This document shows positions 17,157-26,767 of a DNA stretch of 32,000 nt, piece after piece. The DNA is from Raphidiopsis brookii D9. GTDB taxonomy: Bacteria; Cyanobacteriota; Cyanobacteriia; Cyanobacteriales; Nostocaceae. How positions within the stretch are numbered: position 1 is the first letter of the stretch; each line of letters starts with the position of its first letter. The DNA is taken from positions 111,801-143,800 of the forward strand of contig ACYB01000004.1 in the NCBI GenBank assembly GCA_000175855.1, written 5' to 3'. The notes under the pieces were generated by a model. That model was not told the origin of the DNA. It ran no database searches and was given only the letters and a program-made list of their open reading frames with translations. The position numbers and the translations under genes are program-made.

Positions 17157-17870
17157 TCATGCTTTCCGGAGCAAAAATTCTGCCCAATATAAGTCCGGTA
17201 ACTCATCAATTTCCAGTCCCTGTTCCGCATCTATCTCATACATGAATGTTGAACTGTTCACAAAACTCCTATTTTCTTCTATGAAATCTAAGGATGCAAT
17301 ATAGATTGACCCATTAATATAGTAAAATGACTCTTTATAGTCCTGTCTTCTATTTGAAGATCGGGTGTAATCTGTGAGGTAAGACCATTTTTGTCCAATA
17401 CCTCTTATACAATCGTATGGATGTTCTCTCATCTTATGAACACTTGTGAGACTTTGTAGTTGATTCGATAAGTAAAAATTGACTGCCAAATCTATATCTT
17501 CTGCTGTCCTTAAAGGACTTGTAGGTTGAAGGAGTACTATAGTTTTAGGAATGAAACTATCATGCAGTTCAATCCATTGTAATAAGTCAATTACAGATTC
17601 TATAACTTCAGACTCATCCGTAGCCAGTTTTGCTGGGCGTTTATAGGAAGAGTATAAACCTAGAGATCTACCTAAGCTAATAATGTCTTCGTCATCAGAT
17701 GAAAGCATAACTTTACTAATTGATTTAGCTGCCTTAGCCGCTTCTATTGTGTAAGCTAGAAGCGGTTTACCATTAAGCTCAATTAGGTTCTTTTTAGGAA
17801 TTCCCTTTGACCCTCCTCTAGCAGGTATAATAGCTAATACAGGTTGTGCATTCAACGACATATCTTTCAT
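17157..17870 (-). CDS. legF: acylneuraminate (nonulosonate) cytidylyltransferase, NeuA/LegF-like
   Basis: 237 aa with AIIPARGGSKGIPKKNL and VLLQPTSPLR, the CMP-NeuAc synthetase signatures. The start overlaps the upstream stop as ATGA. Confidence 0.85.
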   Translation of the reverse strand: MKDMSLNAQPVLAIIPARGGSKGIPKKNLIELNGKPLLAYTIEAAKAAKSISKVMLSSDDEDIISLGRSLGLYSSYKRPAKLATDESEVIESVIDLLQWIELHDSFIPKTIVLLQPTSPLRTAEDIDLAVNFYLSNQLQSLTSVHKMREHPYDCIRGIGQKWSYLTDYTRSSNRRQDYKESFYYINGSIYIASLDFIEENRSFVNSSTFMYEIDAEQGLEIDELPDLYWAEFLLRKA

Positions 17871-18514
17871 ATCCTTTCAAGTTTCATTAATAGGACTTTT
17901 TCGTGGGAATTATGGCTAGTGAGTATATTCGAAACAACTCTAAAGGGTAAATCAGTTTGCAGTTCATCAAGAAAGGTTTCAAAACCTTGAAACCCATCAA
18001 TTACTTGTTTCCCAATTTTCTGATCTTTAGGAAAATACTGCTTAATTGCTAATTTTCCACCGGGATTTAATGACCGCAAAACTTTTTGGAATACACCATT
18101 AATATCATCAAGAATATACCAAATTACCTCTGAAAGCAGAATTAGGTCAAAGCATGATTCTATTTCATCGTACATAATATTTTTGTTTTGAAATTTAATG
18201 GAAGGGTATTTCTGTGTAGCTTTTTGAATTGCTGTCAAAGACACATCGATACCTATCATCTCGATTAAATTCCCCCCCATACTGAGAATTGAAAATACCT
18301 GGTATGTAGCATCACCTGTCCCACAGCCAATGTCTAAAACTTTCTTAGGACTATTAAAGCTTATTTTATTAAAGTTTTCTATAAGCATTAGTCGGAAAAT
18401 TTGATTGTCAAGCGAGTTACAGTGAGCAGCACAACCCCAGGGATCATCAATGTCTTGATACATCTCTTCGAACTGATTATTGATCCAGTATTCCATTGGA
18501 TTTTGATACTTCAT
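17867..18514 (-). CDS. class I SAM-dependent methyltransferase (NodS-like)
   Basis: The track ORF starts at a GTG at 18529. The ATG at 18514 (MKYQNPMEYW) has a GGAGAG Shine-Dalgarno 7 nt upstream. Motif I is VLDIGCGTGDATYQ, followed by IGIDVS and PGGKLAIKQY. Confidence 0.8.
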   Translation of the reverse strand: MKYQNPMEYWINNQFEEMYQDIDDPWGCAAHCNSLDNQIFRLMLIENFNKISFNSPKKVLDIGCGTGDATYQVFSILSMGGNLIEMIGIDVSLTAIQKATQKYPSIKFQNKNIMYDEIESCFDLILLSEVIWYILDDINGVFQKVLRSLNPGGKLAIKQYFPKDQKIGKQVIDGFQGFETFLDELQTDLPFRVVSNILTSHNSHEKVLLMKLERI

Positions 18515-18578
18515 TGCATAGCTCTCCACATTGTACTAGTTGTTAATGGAAAATGTTACGGGAATCTAATTGCTATTT

Positions 18579-19706
18579 TTAGCAGGCTGCCAGTTCTGTT
18601 GCTAACTGATCGTAAAACTTAACATCTTTCTTTAAGAGGATAGGAATGGCTACATATTTGCTAAGAGCAGCCTGAGTGTTATAAGACCTACTAAGATTCG
18701 TGTTATCCAGAACATGGTTCCAGTAATAAGAACAGTGCCACTTCATTGAATCAGGAATATTTTTGGTTCCCAAGCCTCTTTTTTTGAGAATATTAATACA
18801 ATTTTCAATTCGTTCGGAAGATCCTGGTTGAAACATTAATGTATCGTAGGTTGGCACTGATTCCGGCTGTGATAGTCTTATGCTGAAGGATCGAGAGAGT
18901 CGGGAATAAATGGTTTCGTAGCGAAGCTTGTTTTGATTTAGCATAAAAGTAAGTTTGCTCAGCTGTACTTTACCTACGGCAGCTTGTAACTCTGTCATCC
19001 GATAGTTAAAACCTGGCATAATGGCATTATCTGATCCCCTTGGAACACCATCTAACAGTGCATGTCCGTGATCTGAGTAGCTAGAAACATATTTGTGATG
19101 TTCTACCTGACGAGTTAAAACACAGCCTCCTTCTCCAGTTGCAATCATCTTTCCGTGATCAAAGCTAAAAACACCTATATCACCTATTGTGCCAAGATAT
19201 TTACCTTTATAACTGGCCCCTACGGACTCGCAATTATCCTCAAGAACTGGAATGTTATGGCTATGTGCAATCTCTAAAATTTTGGAAACATCTCCACACA
19301 TACCCAACATGTGTACTGGAATGATAGCAGCTGTCTTGCTTGTGATCAAAGATGCGACAGAATCGGGGCAAATATGCAGATTATTATTAACATCTGCGAT
19401 TATTGGAACCGCGCCACAATCAGCAATAGCTTCTACAGTTGCAATAAAGTTGAAAGATTGGGTAATGACTTCGTCACCCGCAGAGACACCAAGTGCCTTT
19501 AAAGCACATTTGATTGCGGCCGTCCCACTAGAAACAGCATTTGTGTATGGAGAACCAAAATACTGCGATAGTAAATCTTCAAATTCTCTAACATGATATC
19601 GTTTACGTAATGAATCAAAACCATGAGCAAACAGGATACCGCCTTCCGAAAAGACCTCTTGTACTGCGTCAGACTCATGGTGATCGTATAGCTCAAATCC
19701 AGGCAT
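18579..19706 (-). CDS. second DegT/DnrJ/EryC1/StrS-family PLP aminotransferase
   Basis: 375 aa with SSGTAAIKCALKALGVSAGDEVI, PLP-lysine context FSFDHGKMIATGEGG and NYRMTELQAAVG. The N-terminal region (FAHGFDSLRKRYHVREFE) differs from that of the LegC-like paralogue at 24555-25742. Confidence 0.8.
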   Translation of the reverse strand: MPGFELYDHHESDAVQEVFSEGGILFAHGFDSLRKRYHVREFEDLLSQYFGSPYTNAVSSGTAAIKCALKALGVSAGDEVITQSFNFIATVEAIADCGAVPIIADVNNNLHICPDSVASLITSKTAAIIPVHMLGMCGDVSKILEIAHSHNIPVLEDNCESVGASYKGKYLGTIGDIGVFSFDHGKMIATGEGGCVLTRQVEHHKYVSSYSDHGHALLDGVPRGSDNAIMPGFNYRMTELQAAVGKVQLSKLTFMLNQNKLRYETIYSRLSRSFSIRLSQPESVPTYDTLMFQPGSSERIENCINILKKRGLGTKNIPDSMKWHCSYYWNHVLDNTNLSRSYNTQAALSKYVAIPILLKKDVKFYDQLATELAAC

Positions 19707-19751
19707 AATTCTTTTCGACTTGCTTTACAAAAATTCTTTCTTTCGGTAGAA

Positions 19752-20510
19752 CTACAATGTGATGTTTAAATCTCGATTCAGCCGGATCATATTTTGATAC
19801 CACTCATGATGGCCCTCAGAAACCTTATCGGATAAAGAGTACAGAGAAAACCGTACAACCCAAGCTCGGGTCGCAGACAAGGGTGTCAATTCAGCATAAT
19901 GTCTGCTATAAGGATTATGTATACTACAATCGCCAGGGTAATAAACAAAGTCTCTGAGACAGGATTCAGTCCAATTGATGCTGGTTTTTATAGTCAGAGA
20001 AAAACCTGATGCATTAGATAGCTGATGTTCATACGACTGTCCATGTGGAGTGGAAATATACCTAAGACCACCTTCTGAAGGATATTGAGGATTGATGGGG
20101 ATATAAAATGTAAGTGCGCTTCCCCTTTCGAGTCCGTAATAGGCATTATCCTGATGCAATGGTATAATTTCAGATCCAGGGAATCTGCTATGTATTTCCA
20201 TGCTTCTTAGAAAGACTGACTCACCAAGTAAAAACTCAGCTGCACTGAATAGTTGAGAGGTAACAAATTTACCAAATAAATCAGTGTTTACGGCTAATGG
20301 ATATTCAAAATATTTAATAGCAGGCTTTGAATTAAAAGTGTTACACGAAAGCCCTCGTTTATCAGATTGATATTTTTTAATAATATCAAGTTCGTTAGCT
20401 TCTAACCACGTGTAGGCATCAGCACATAAGTTTTTGTTGGCAAAAGAAGGAATAAAAGTGACGGAGTCTTTTTTAATTTGGTTGAGGTGATTTTCCGTAA
20501 GTGTAGTCAT
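19752..20510 (-). CDS. PhyH-like Fe(II)/2-oxoglutarate-dependent oxygenase
   Basis: 252 aa with the H-x-D iron motif in IPLHQDNAYYG and distal His candidates in CSIHNPYSRHYA. Size and pattern fit the phytanoyl-CoA dioxygenase family. Confidence 0.65.
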   Translation of the reverse strand: MTTLTENHLNQIKKDSVTFIPSFANKNLCADAYTWLEANELDIIKKYQSDKRGLSCNTFNSKPAIKYFEYPLAVNTDLFGKFVTSQLFSAAEFLLGESVFLRSMEIHSRFPGSEIIPLHQDNAYYGLERGSALTFYIPINPQYPSEGGLRYISTPHGQSYEHQLSNASGFSLTIKTSINWTESCLRDFVYYPGDCSIHNPYSRHYAELTPLSATRAWVVRFSLYSLSDKVSEGHHEWYQNMIRLNRDLNITL

Positions 20511-20586
20511 AGCGATGTGAAGTTTTGAGGTAATGTGATTAAAGTCTGCAATCTTGCACTAGTTGTACATATTAAGTAATAGGATC

Positions 20587-21636
20587 TTAAAAGGATCTTA
20601 ACTCTTCATTAGCTCTTTCCAAATCGCTCATTCTGCCAATATCTAACCAATATTCCCGCAAGGGATAAGCAGCAGTTGTACGGGTATCTACTACAAGTTG
20701 CTGAAACAGACTTGGCATGTCAAAGAAGGTTCCACTAGGTACATAATCCAACACACCTGGAGATAGAGCATAAATACCAGAGTTAACAAAAAAATGCTGT
20801 ACAGGCTTCTCTTCTATAGACTTAATCTTTGTTCCATCCACACGCACAACACCATAAGGAACTTGCAAATCGTACTCACGAACCGCCATAGTCGCTAAAA
20901 CACCTTGGAGTTCATGAAACTGGAGCAAATTATCGAAACGTGTACGGGTCAAAATGTCTCCATTCATCACAATTATGGGTAAATTGGGCTTCTTCGGTAA
21001 AAGGGATAAGGCTCCAGCAGTTCCTAAACGTTCTTTTTCGCGTAAGTAGGATATTTCCACACCCCATTGATCGCCATTTTTAAAATAGTCTTCTATCATC
21101 TCAGCTTTGTAGTTAACAGAGAGAAATATCTGTTTAAACCCCTGTTCAGCAAAGTTCTCAATGATAATTTCTAAAATCGGTTTACCCCCAACTGTCAGTA
21201 GCGGTTTAGGACGGTCTTTTGTCAAAGGATATAATCTGGTTCCTAAACCTCCCGCCATGATCACCACCCAATTGGGTCGCTCTAATATACCAATTAAATC
21301 ATCTAGGGTTGCTAAATCCACTACTTGATGTTCTGCATTAACTAGCGGTAAGTGATGGATCACCTTACGGCGCATTAGTGCCAACATTTCACTACGGGGC
21401 ACTGATTCTAGAACAGTAGTAGGTTGGGAATTCATGACCTCACAAACGGGAACATCTAGGTCTTTTCCTGACAAGATGAAACGACGAATGTCACCGTCGG
21501 TAACAAGACCCCCTAATGTATTATCAGGATTTAAAACCAGTGCAACCTGGAGAGCAGACTTATCTATCTTGGCGATCGCCTCTCTTAGGGGAGTTTCTCG
21601 AAAAACAACAACATCTTGCCATTTTGTTTTAGCCAT
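20587..21636 (-). CDS. ptmE: CBS-pair plus nucleotidyltransferase, PtmE-like sugar-1-phosphate guanylyl/nucleotidyl transferase
   Basis: The track ORF starts at 21669. The ATG at 21636 (MAKTKWQD) overlaps the upstream stop as ATGGCTAA. Two CBS-like repeats (LVTDGDIRRFIL, HHLPLVN) are followed by IMAGGLGTRLYPLTKDRPKPLL. Confidence 0.8.
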   Translation of the reverse strand: MAKTKWQDVVVFRETPLREAIAKIDKSALQVALVLNPDNTLGGLVTDGDIRRFILSGKDLDVPVCEVMNSQPTTVLESVPRSEMLALMRRKVIHHLPLVNAEHQVVDLATLDDLIGILERPNWVVIMAGGLGTRLYPLTKDRPKPLLTVGGKPILEIIIENFAEQGFKQIFLSVNYKAEMIEDYFKNGDQWGVEISYLREKERLGTAGALSLLPKKPNLPIIVMNGDILTRTRFDNLLQFHELQGVLATMAVREYDLQVPYGVVRVDGTKIKSIEEKPVQHFFVNSGIYALSPGVLDYVPSGTFFDMPSLFQQLVVDTRTTAAYPLREYWLDIGRMSDLERANEELRSF

Positions 21637-22270
21637 GATTAACTCCAGTCTTGACTGCAGGATTACCAACTACAATACAACCATCAGGTATGGATTTCGT
21701 TACTATAGATCCCGCTCCAACAATAGTGTTTTCACCAATAGAAACACCAGGAAGCACCACCGCACCTGCACCGATAAAAGCACTGTTAGAAATTCTGATA
21801 TCACCACAAAGGGTTACCCCTGGTCCAATAAAAGCATGGGATCCAATTAAACAGTCATGATCAACCTTACATCCAGTGTTAATAACCACATTTTCCCCTA
21901 AAATAACCCCCGGTTGTAAAATCCCACCTGCCATGATTTGGCAACCTTCGCCCAGTTTCGCCGCACTACTGATGATAGCTGACGGGTGTTGTACACGGTT
22001 AAAGGTGAAAAACCGAGATTTCATAATTTCAAATATCTTTTGTCGTCTAAATATGTAGGGATTAGCGCCCAATCCATTTACTAAAGAAATTTCGGTGGTG
22101 GGTAAATTGTTTAAATATTCATCACCTCCTAAAACGGGAACTCCCAGGACTGCTGTAGTTTGGGGTTGAGGATCTAAAACTCCCATAACTTCAACACCGT
22201 TCGCAAGGAGTATGTCTAAGACAACTTTTCCATGACCTCCTGCACCTAGAATATATATCGGTTTAGTCAT
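21629..22270 (-). CDS. legH: NeuD/PglD/LegH-type sugar N-acetyltransferase (left-handed beta-helix)
   Basis: 213 aa with N-terminal IYILGAGGHGKVVLD and C-terminal hexapeptide repeats (IGENVVINTGCKVDHDCLIGSHAFIGPGVTLCGDIRISNSAFIGAGAVVLPGVSIGENTIVGAGSIV). Confidence 0.85.
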   Translation of the reverse strand: MTKPIYILGAGGHGKVVLDILLANGVEVMGVLDPQPQTTAVLGVPVLGGDEYLNNLPTTEISLVNGLGANPYIFRRQKIFEIMKSRFFTFNRVQHPSAIISSAAKLGEGCQIMAGGILQPGVILGENVVINTGCKVDHDCLIGSHAFIGPGVTLCGDIRISNSAFIGAGAVVLPGVSIGENTIVGAGSIVTKSIPDGCIVVGNPAVKTGVNHG

Positions 22271-23354
22271 TTAAAACTTCGTCAACACTATAGTCCTCTA
22301 TAGCGATTTTGTTTAGCATTTGCCAGTAATGAAAGGGCGATACACCTGTACCAGGTCGCTTACAAGTCAGGTTCTCATCTGTAAAGACCTCACCCTGGAC
22401 AATTGCCCTAGCTGCTACCAAACTTTTGCGGGCAACCTCTCTATTTTTCCACTCTGAGGGTGTGGGTCGTTTAATCCCATCTCCTAATGCTTGCTCAATC
22501 TCGCGAGTTTGTTGTACTAGCTGATTTAATTCCTGGGGTTCCAAGGATGCTTGATGGTCCGGACCAGGAAGATTACGACTAGTGGTAAAATGTTTCTCAA
22601 TGATTCTCGCCCCCCGTGCCACAGCAGCCAGGGAAATATGAATCCCTGGGGTGTGGTCGGAATAACCTACTGGTAAATTAAATGCTCCACACAGTGTATC
22701 TATACTCCGTAAATTTACTTCGCCAAATGGGGCAGGATATTCAGTGGTACAGTGTAAGAGGGCAACTCTGTGTTGTAACTGTTTTTGTCCTGCTGCTGAA
22801 GCAAAAGCCTGTTCAAAGTCTATTAATTTAGGTGTTATTGTCGGTGCAGTTGTGAAACCAAAAGCTAACACGCCCAAAGCTGCTTCTACTTCTGCTAAAG
22901 TACTCATACCAGTAGATAGAATAATATTTTGAGCGCTACGAGCGATCGCCAACAGAAAGGGGGCGTTAGTAATTTCACCGGATGGGATTTTTATAGTTTT
23001 TAAGCCAAGATCCTGGGTGAGGAGGTGCAAACTGGGAATATCAAAGGGAGTAGATAGAAAGGAAATTCCTCGTGTTTGGGCATGGTTAATTAACACTTCA
23101 TGGTCAGACCTACTCAATTCCAGCTTCCGGATCATGTCTAATTGACTTTCTGTGCGATCCGTCGTTTGAGTTTGATACTGGGCTTTAGGAGCATGACGAC
23201 TTACTACTCTTTCCGCTTGGAAGGTTTGGAATTTAACTGCGTCCGCTCCTGCGTCAGCAGCAATATCAATTAGCTTTTGAGCTAATTTAATGTCACCGTT
23301 GTGATTAACTCCCGCTTCGGCGATGATAAATACAGGGATCTTTTGGGTACTCAT
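22263..23354 (-). CDS. legI: NeuB-type nonulosonic acid synthase (legionaminic acid synthase-like)
   Basis: IIAEAGVNHNGD, KFQTF, HCTTEYPAP, GYSDHT and IEKHFT...GPDHQAS, plus a C-terminal SAF-like domain. I prefer the ATG at 23354 (MSTQKIPVFIIAEAG) because it gives the usual N-terminal length. The alternative is a GTG at 23405 that overlaps the upstream stop. Confidence 0.9.
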   Translation of the reverse strand: MSTQKIPVFIIAEAGVNHNGDIKLAQKLIDIAADAGADAVKFQTFQAERVVSRHAPKAQYQTQTTDRTESQLDMIRKLELSRSDHEVLINHAQTRGISFLSTPFDIPSLHLLTQDLGLKTIKIPSGEITNAPFLLAIARSAQNIILSTGMSTLAEVEAALGVLAFGFTTAPTITPKLIDFEQAFASAAGQKQLQHRVALLHCTTEYPAPFGEVNLRSIDTLCGAFNLPVGYSDHTPGIHISLAAVARGARIIEKHFTTSRNLPGPDHQASLEPQELNQLVQQTREIEQALGDGIKRPTPSEWKNREVARKSLVAARAIVQGEVFTDENLTCKRPGTGVSPFHYWQMLNKIAIEDYSVDEVLND

Positions 23355-23401
23355 GTAGTTATTGAATTGGAAAGTATTTTCCCCAAAATATACTATTTCC
23401 G

Positions 23402-24562
23402 TCACAAAGCATGACCAATGTCAAAGAAAGATTTTCGGGTTTGTAGTGTCACATCTTTCAGTGTTTCCTTAATTTTGTGACTTACATTTCCCGATCCATA
23501 CCATGATTTTACTGACGGTAATAGGGATTGAAATTCAGGACATAAGGCTTTGTGAATACCAGCAATAATACTAGTACTCACTTCTAATACATCAATTACA
23601 GATGAGGCTTTTAATCTACCTTTTTGGCGATCGCCAATGTTGACAGTTGGTTTTTTGAGGGCGGGAGCTTCTGTAATTCCACTGGAGGTATTACCCACAA
23701 TGACGTCTACCTCACGCATCAGGCTCAAATAGCGTTGCTGACCAAGGGAAACAAAGGCCTTGGCTCGATGTTTGTTGTTCTCCACCCACCGATCAATCTG
23801 ATCAATTAAAATCCTCCCCCCTGTATCAGCATTGGGATAGGTTAAAATCACTGTTGCTTGAGAAAAAGCATCAAGTGCAGTCAATAACTCTTGCATGGCA
23901 ATAGCTGGTGACTGTTGATCCAGGGTAACAGGATGATAGGTAACCAGAAAAATGGGGTACAGTAACTTTATTCCTAATGACTGTTCCAACATTGGGCGAT
24001 CGCACCATTGCAAATAGTCTAAATGATCTAATCCCGGCGCACCTAGGTTAAAAACTCTTTCTGGGGATTCTCCTAATTGGATAACACGCTGACGGTAGGG
24101 TTCAGCAGCTACAAAATGCCATTGAGAGAATTTGGTAATAGCATGGCGAATCTGCTCATCGAAAGCACCTTCAGTTGTTTCCCCCCCATGTATGTGGGCC
24201 ATAGGAATCCGGGCTATCATTGCTGCTTGAGCTGCTGCCAGAACTTCAAAGCGATCGCCTAACACGACCAAAATATCAGGCTTCAGCCGATCTAAAGAAT
24301 CAGCAAAACCAATTACTCCTAAACCAATGGATTTTGCTATACCTACAGGTGTATCAGATGATAACAACATTTCTACCTTAGCATCAATGGTAAAACCATC
24401 CGCCTCAATTTGCTGGTAGGTTAGACCAAATTCAGGAGAGAGATGCATTCCTGTCGCAATGATTTGCAATTGCAAGTCGGGATCATCACCAATCTCCTTC
24501 ATTAACCAGTAGAGTAAACCATATTCAGCCCTGGTTCCTGTAACAATACAAATCTTACGCAT
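23402..24562 (-). CDS. legG: hydrolysing NDP-N-acetylhexosamine 2-epimerase, NeuC/LegG-like
   Basis: The ATG at 24562 (MRKICIVTGTRAEYGLL) is preferred over the track start at 24607. Motifs LGDRFE and HIHGGE are present. It contains three HIP1 sites. Confidence 0.9.
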   Translation of the reverse strand: MRKICIVTGTRAEYGLLYWLMKEIGDDPDLQLQIIATGMHLSPEFGLTYQQIEADGFTIDAKVEMLLSSDTPVGIAKSIGLGVIGFADSLDRLKPDILVVLGDRFEVLAAAQAAMIARIPMAHIHGGETTEGAFDEQIRHAITKFSQWHFVAAEPYRQRVIQLGESPERVFNLGAPGLDHLDYLQWCDRPMLEQSLGIKLLYPIFLVTYHPVTLDQQSPAIAMQELLTALDAFSQATVILTYPNADTGGRILIDQIDRWVENNKHRAKAFVSLGQQRYLSLMREVDVIVGNTSSGITEAPALKKPTVNIGDRQKGRLKASSVIDVLEVSTSIIAGIHKALCPEFQSLLPSVKSWYGSGNVSHKIKETLKDVTLQTRKSFFDIGHAL

Positions 24563-25742
24563 TGAGTTTATAGCAATCACGTACAAGCATGGCACTACTT
24601 GGTACATTGATCAAACTTGCTTCTAACTGCTCAGCTACAGGCAACGGAGACCGAGGACAATCAGTATACATGGGCAACTTGTTCAACAATGTCCAAGTAG
24701 GACGACATTGATAACCAGCATTATTGGCCACCGCCAAAACTAAATCCCGCAATTGTGAACTTGGCTCCTTCAACCTCAAGGTATTCAACCAATAATTACT
24801 TTGACTATTGGCGGGTTCAGCCACAAATTCAACACCACTAATCTCCTCAAATACTTCTTGATACCTGTGTGCTAAACACCTCTTGAGGCGCAAAAACTCA
24901 GGTAAGCACTCCATTTGTGCGCATCCCAGGGAGGCATTTAAATTTGGTAACCGATAATTCCAAGCCACTTCATCATGAAAAAACTCCCACCGGTGAGGCT
25001 TTTTAGCCGTAGTTGTTAAATGCTTAGCTTGTCGGGCCAATTTTTCATCATTAGTTAAAATTGCACCTCCTCCCCCGGTCGTAATTACTTTGTTCCCATT
25101 AAAACTTAAAGTCCCTAATACTCCAAAAGTACCCGTATGTTCTCCTTTATAAGTACTACCTAACGACTCTGCTGCATCTTCTACCAAGGGTAAATTATAG
25201 GCATTAGCTAAATCCAGAAGTGACGACATATCCACGGGATGTCCGTAGGTATGCATTGGCACAATAGCTGCAATTCTCCTCCCCGTCAATCGGTTAATTA
25301 ACTTCCCATCTTTAGGTTGGGAGCACTGCTCCAGATAGTTAGCAAGACGAGTAACATCTAATCCCAATGTTGACCATTCACTATCAACAAAGTGGGGAAT
25401 CCCACCACAATGAACCACTGCATTAGCAGTAGCTACAAAAGATAGAGCTGGGATTAACACCTCATCACCCGCTCTTACTCCTGCTAATAATAGTGAGATC
25501 TGTAAAGCAGCAGTCCCGTTGACTACTGCTACTGCATACTTTGCTCCCGTATATTCAGCTAGTAGAAACTCGAAGTGATCAACATACTTACCAACAGAGG
25601 AAACAAAAGTAGAGTCTAGGCAATCTTTCACTAACTTCCACTCATTACCGCCAAACTCTGGCTCATGAAGTGGAGTAAATCCCCTTTTATCGCCCAAAAC
25701 TTCCTTTAGCCCTCTGAGAAAATCCTGCTCTAAACTAGTCAC
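24555..25742 (-). CDS. legC: LegC-like PLP aminotransferase (DegT family)
   Basis: 395 aa with a GTG start. Motifs are HEPEFGGNEWKLVKDCLDSTFVSSVG, VNGTAALQISL, GDEVLIPALSF and PLP Lys in LSFNGNKVITTGGGG. Confidence 0.85.
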   Translation of the reverse strand: MTSLEQDFLRGLKEVLGDKRGFTPLHEPEFGGNEWKLVKDCLDSTFVSSVGKYVDHFEFLLAEYTGAKYAVAVVNGTAALQISLLLAGVRAGDEVLIPALSFVATANAVVHCGGIPHFVDSEWSTLGLDVTRLANYLEQCSQPKDGKLINRLTGRRIAAIVPMHTYGHPVDMSSLLDLANAYNLPLVEDAAESLGSTYKGEHTGTFGVLGTLSFNGNKVITTGGGGAILTNDEKLARQAKHLTTTAKKPHRWEFFHDEVAWNYRLPNLNASLGCAQMECLPEFLRLKRCLAHRYQEVFEEISGVEFVAEPANSQSNYWLNTLRLKEPSSQLRDLVLAVANNAGYQCRPTWTLLNKLPMYTDCPRSPLPVAEQLEASLINVPSSAMLVRDCYKLNA

Positions 25743-25768
25743 TACTGGAATACCTATATATTTAATTA

Positions 25769-26767
25769 TTATATATTATACTTATCACTCTTATACATTT
25801 CCAGATTAGTAGAATTAGTAAACCAGGCAGCTGTTTCTATCAAACCTTGTTTAAACCCTTCCCTTCCAGCATATAGTGGCTCCCAGTTTATAACTCGTTT
25901 AGCCTTACTGTTGTCTGCCCATAACCTATTAACTTCACTTTTTTCTGGACGTAAGCGAACATCATCAGTTACTATTTCCACCTCAACGCCCATAGATTCA
26001 GCAATCAATTCCACCGTGTCACCAATAGAAATTTCAAAGTTACTCCCGATATTAATTACCTCCCCCACAGAACTTTGGGATTTTGCAATGGCAATAAAGC
26101 CTCGTACCGTGTCCTTAATGTAATTAAAATCTCTAGTGGGATGAAGAGATCCTAACTTTATTTGACGTTTTCCGCTAGCGATTTGGGTAATTACCGTAGG
26201 AATTACCGCCCTAGCAGACTGCCTAGGTCCGTAGGTATTAAAAGGACGAATAATAGCAACAGGTGTACCAAAAGAGTAGTAAAAAGACATAGCCATTTGG
26301 TCAGCGCCAATCTTAGTAGCTGAATAAGGGGATTGACCTTGTAAAGGATGCTCCTCGGTAATCGGCACAAATTTTGCTGTTCCATATACCTCACTAGTAG
26401 AAGTATGAACTACCTTTTCCACTCCCACAGACCTGGCCGCCTGTAGAACATTTAAAGTTCCCGTAATATTTGTCTCCACATAAGTTGCGGGAGAATGGTA
26501 GGAATAGGGAATAGCAATTAAAGCTGCCAAATGTAGGACAACATCACACCCATTCATAGCGGATTTAACATTATATGGATCGCGAATATCACCGGAGAAG
26601 ATCTCCAAATTGTCAATGACCTCTCTTGGGGAATGATCCAACCAACCCCAGGAATTAAAAGAGTTGTAAAGAACAAAGGCCCGAACTTGATAACCTTCCC
26701 TAACTAGGGCTTCTGTAAGATGGGATCCAATAAAGCCATCTGCACCCGTGACGAGTATTTTTTTCAT
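25769..26767 (-). CDS. legB: LegB-like NAD-dependent NDP-GlcNAc 4,6-dehydratase (extended SDR)
   Basis: 332 aa with ILVTGADGFIGSHLTE, TSTSEVYG and SPYSATKIGAD (YxxxK). It is the first gene of operon A. Confidence 0.85.
   Translation of the reverse strand: MKKILVTGADGFIGSHLTEALVREGYQVRAFVLYNSFNSWGWLDHSPREVIDNLEIFSGDIRDPYNVKSAMNGCDVVLHLAALIAIPYSYHSPATYVETNITGTLNVLQAARSVGVEKVVHTSTSEVYGTAKFVPITEEHPLQGQSPYSATKIGADQMAMSFYYSFGTPVAIIRPFNTYGPRQSARAVIPTVITQIASGKRQIKLGSLHPTRDFNYIKDTVRGFIAIAKSQSSVGEVINIGSNFEISIGDTVELIAESMGVEVEIVTDDVRLRPEKSEVNRLWADNSKAKRVINWEPLYAGREGFKQGLIETAAWFTNSTNLEMYKSDKYNI

Noticed and set aside
21637-21669. N-terminal extensions of several track ORFs, with starts at 1540, 21669, 24607, 18529 and possibly 23405 and 5280.
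   Set aside because: Internal ATG codons give family-typical N-termini. They also create the stop/start overlaps (ATGTTAG, ATGGCTAA) or short gaps seen throughout the operons. The extensions add non-conserved residues.
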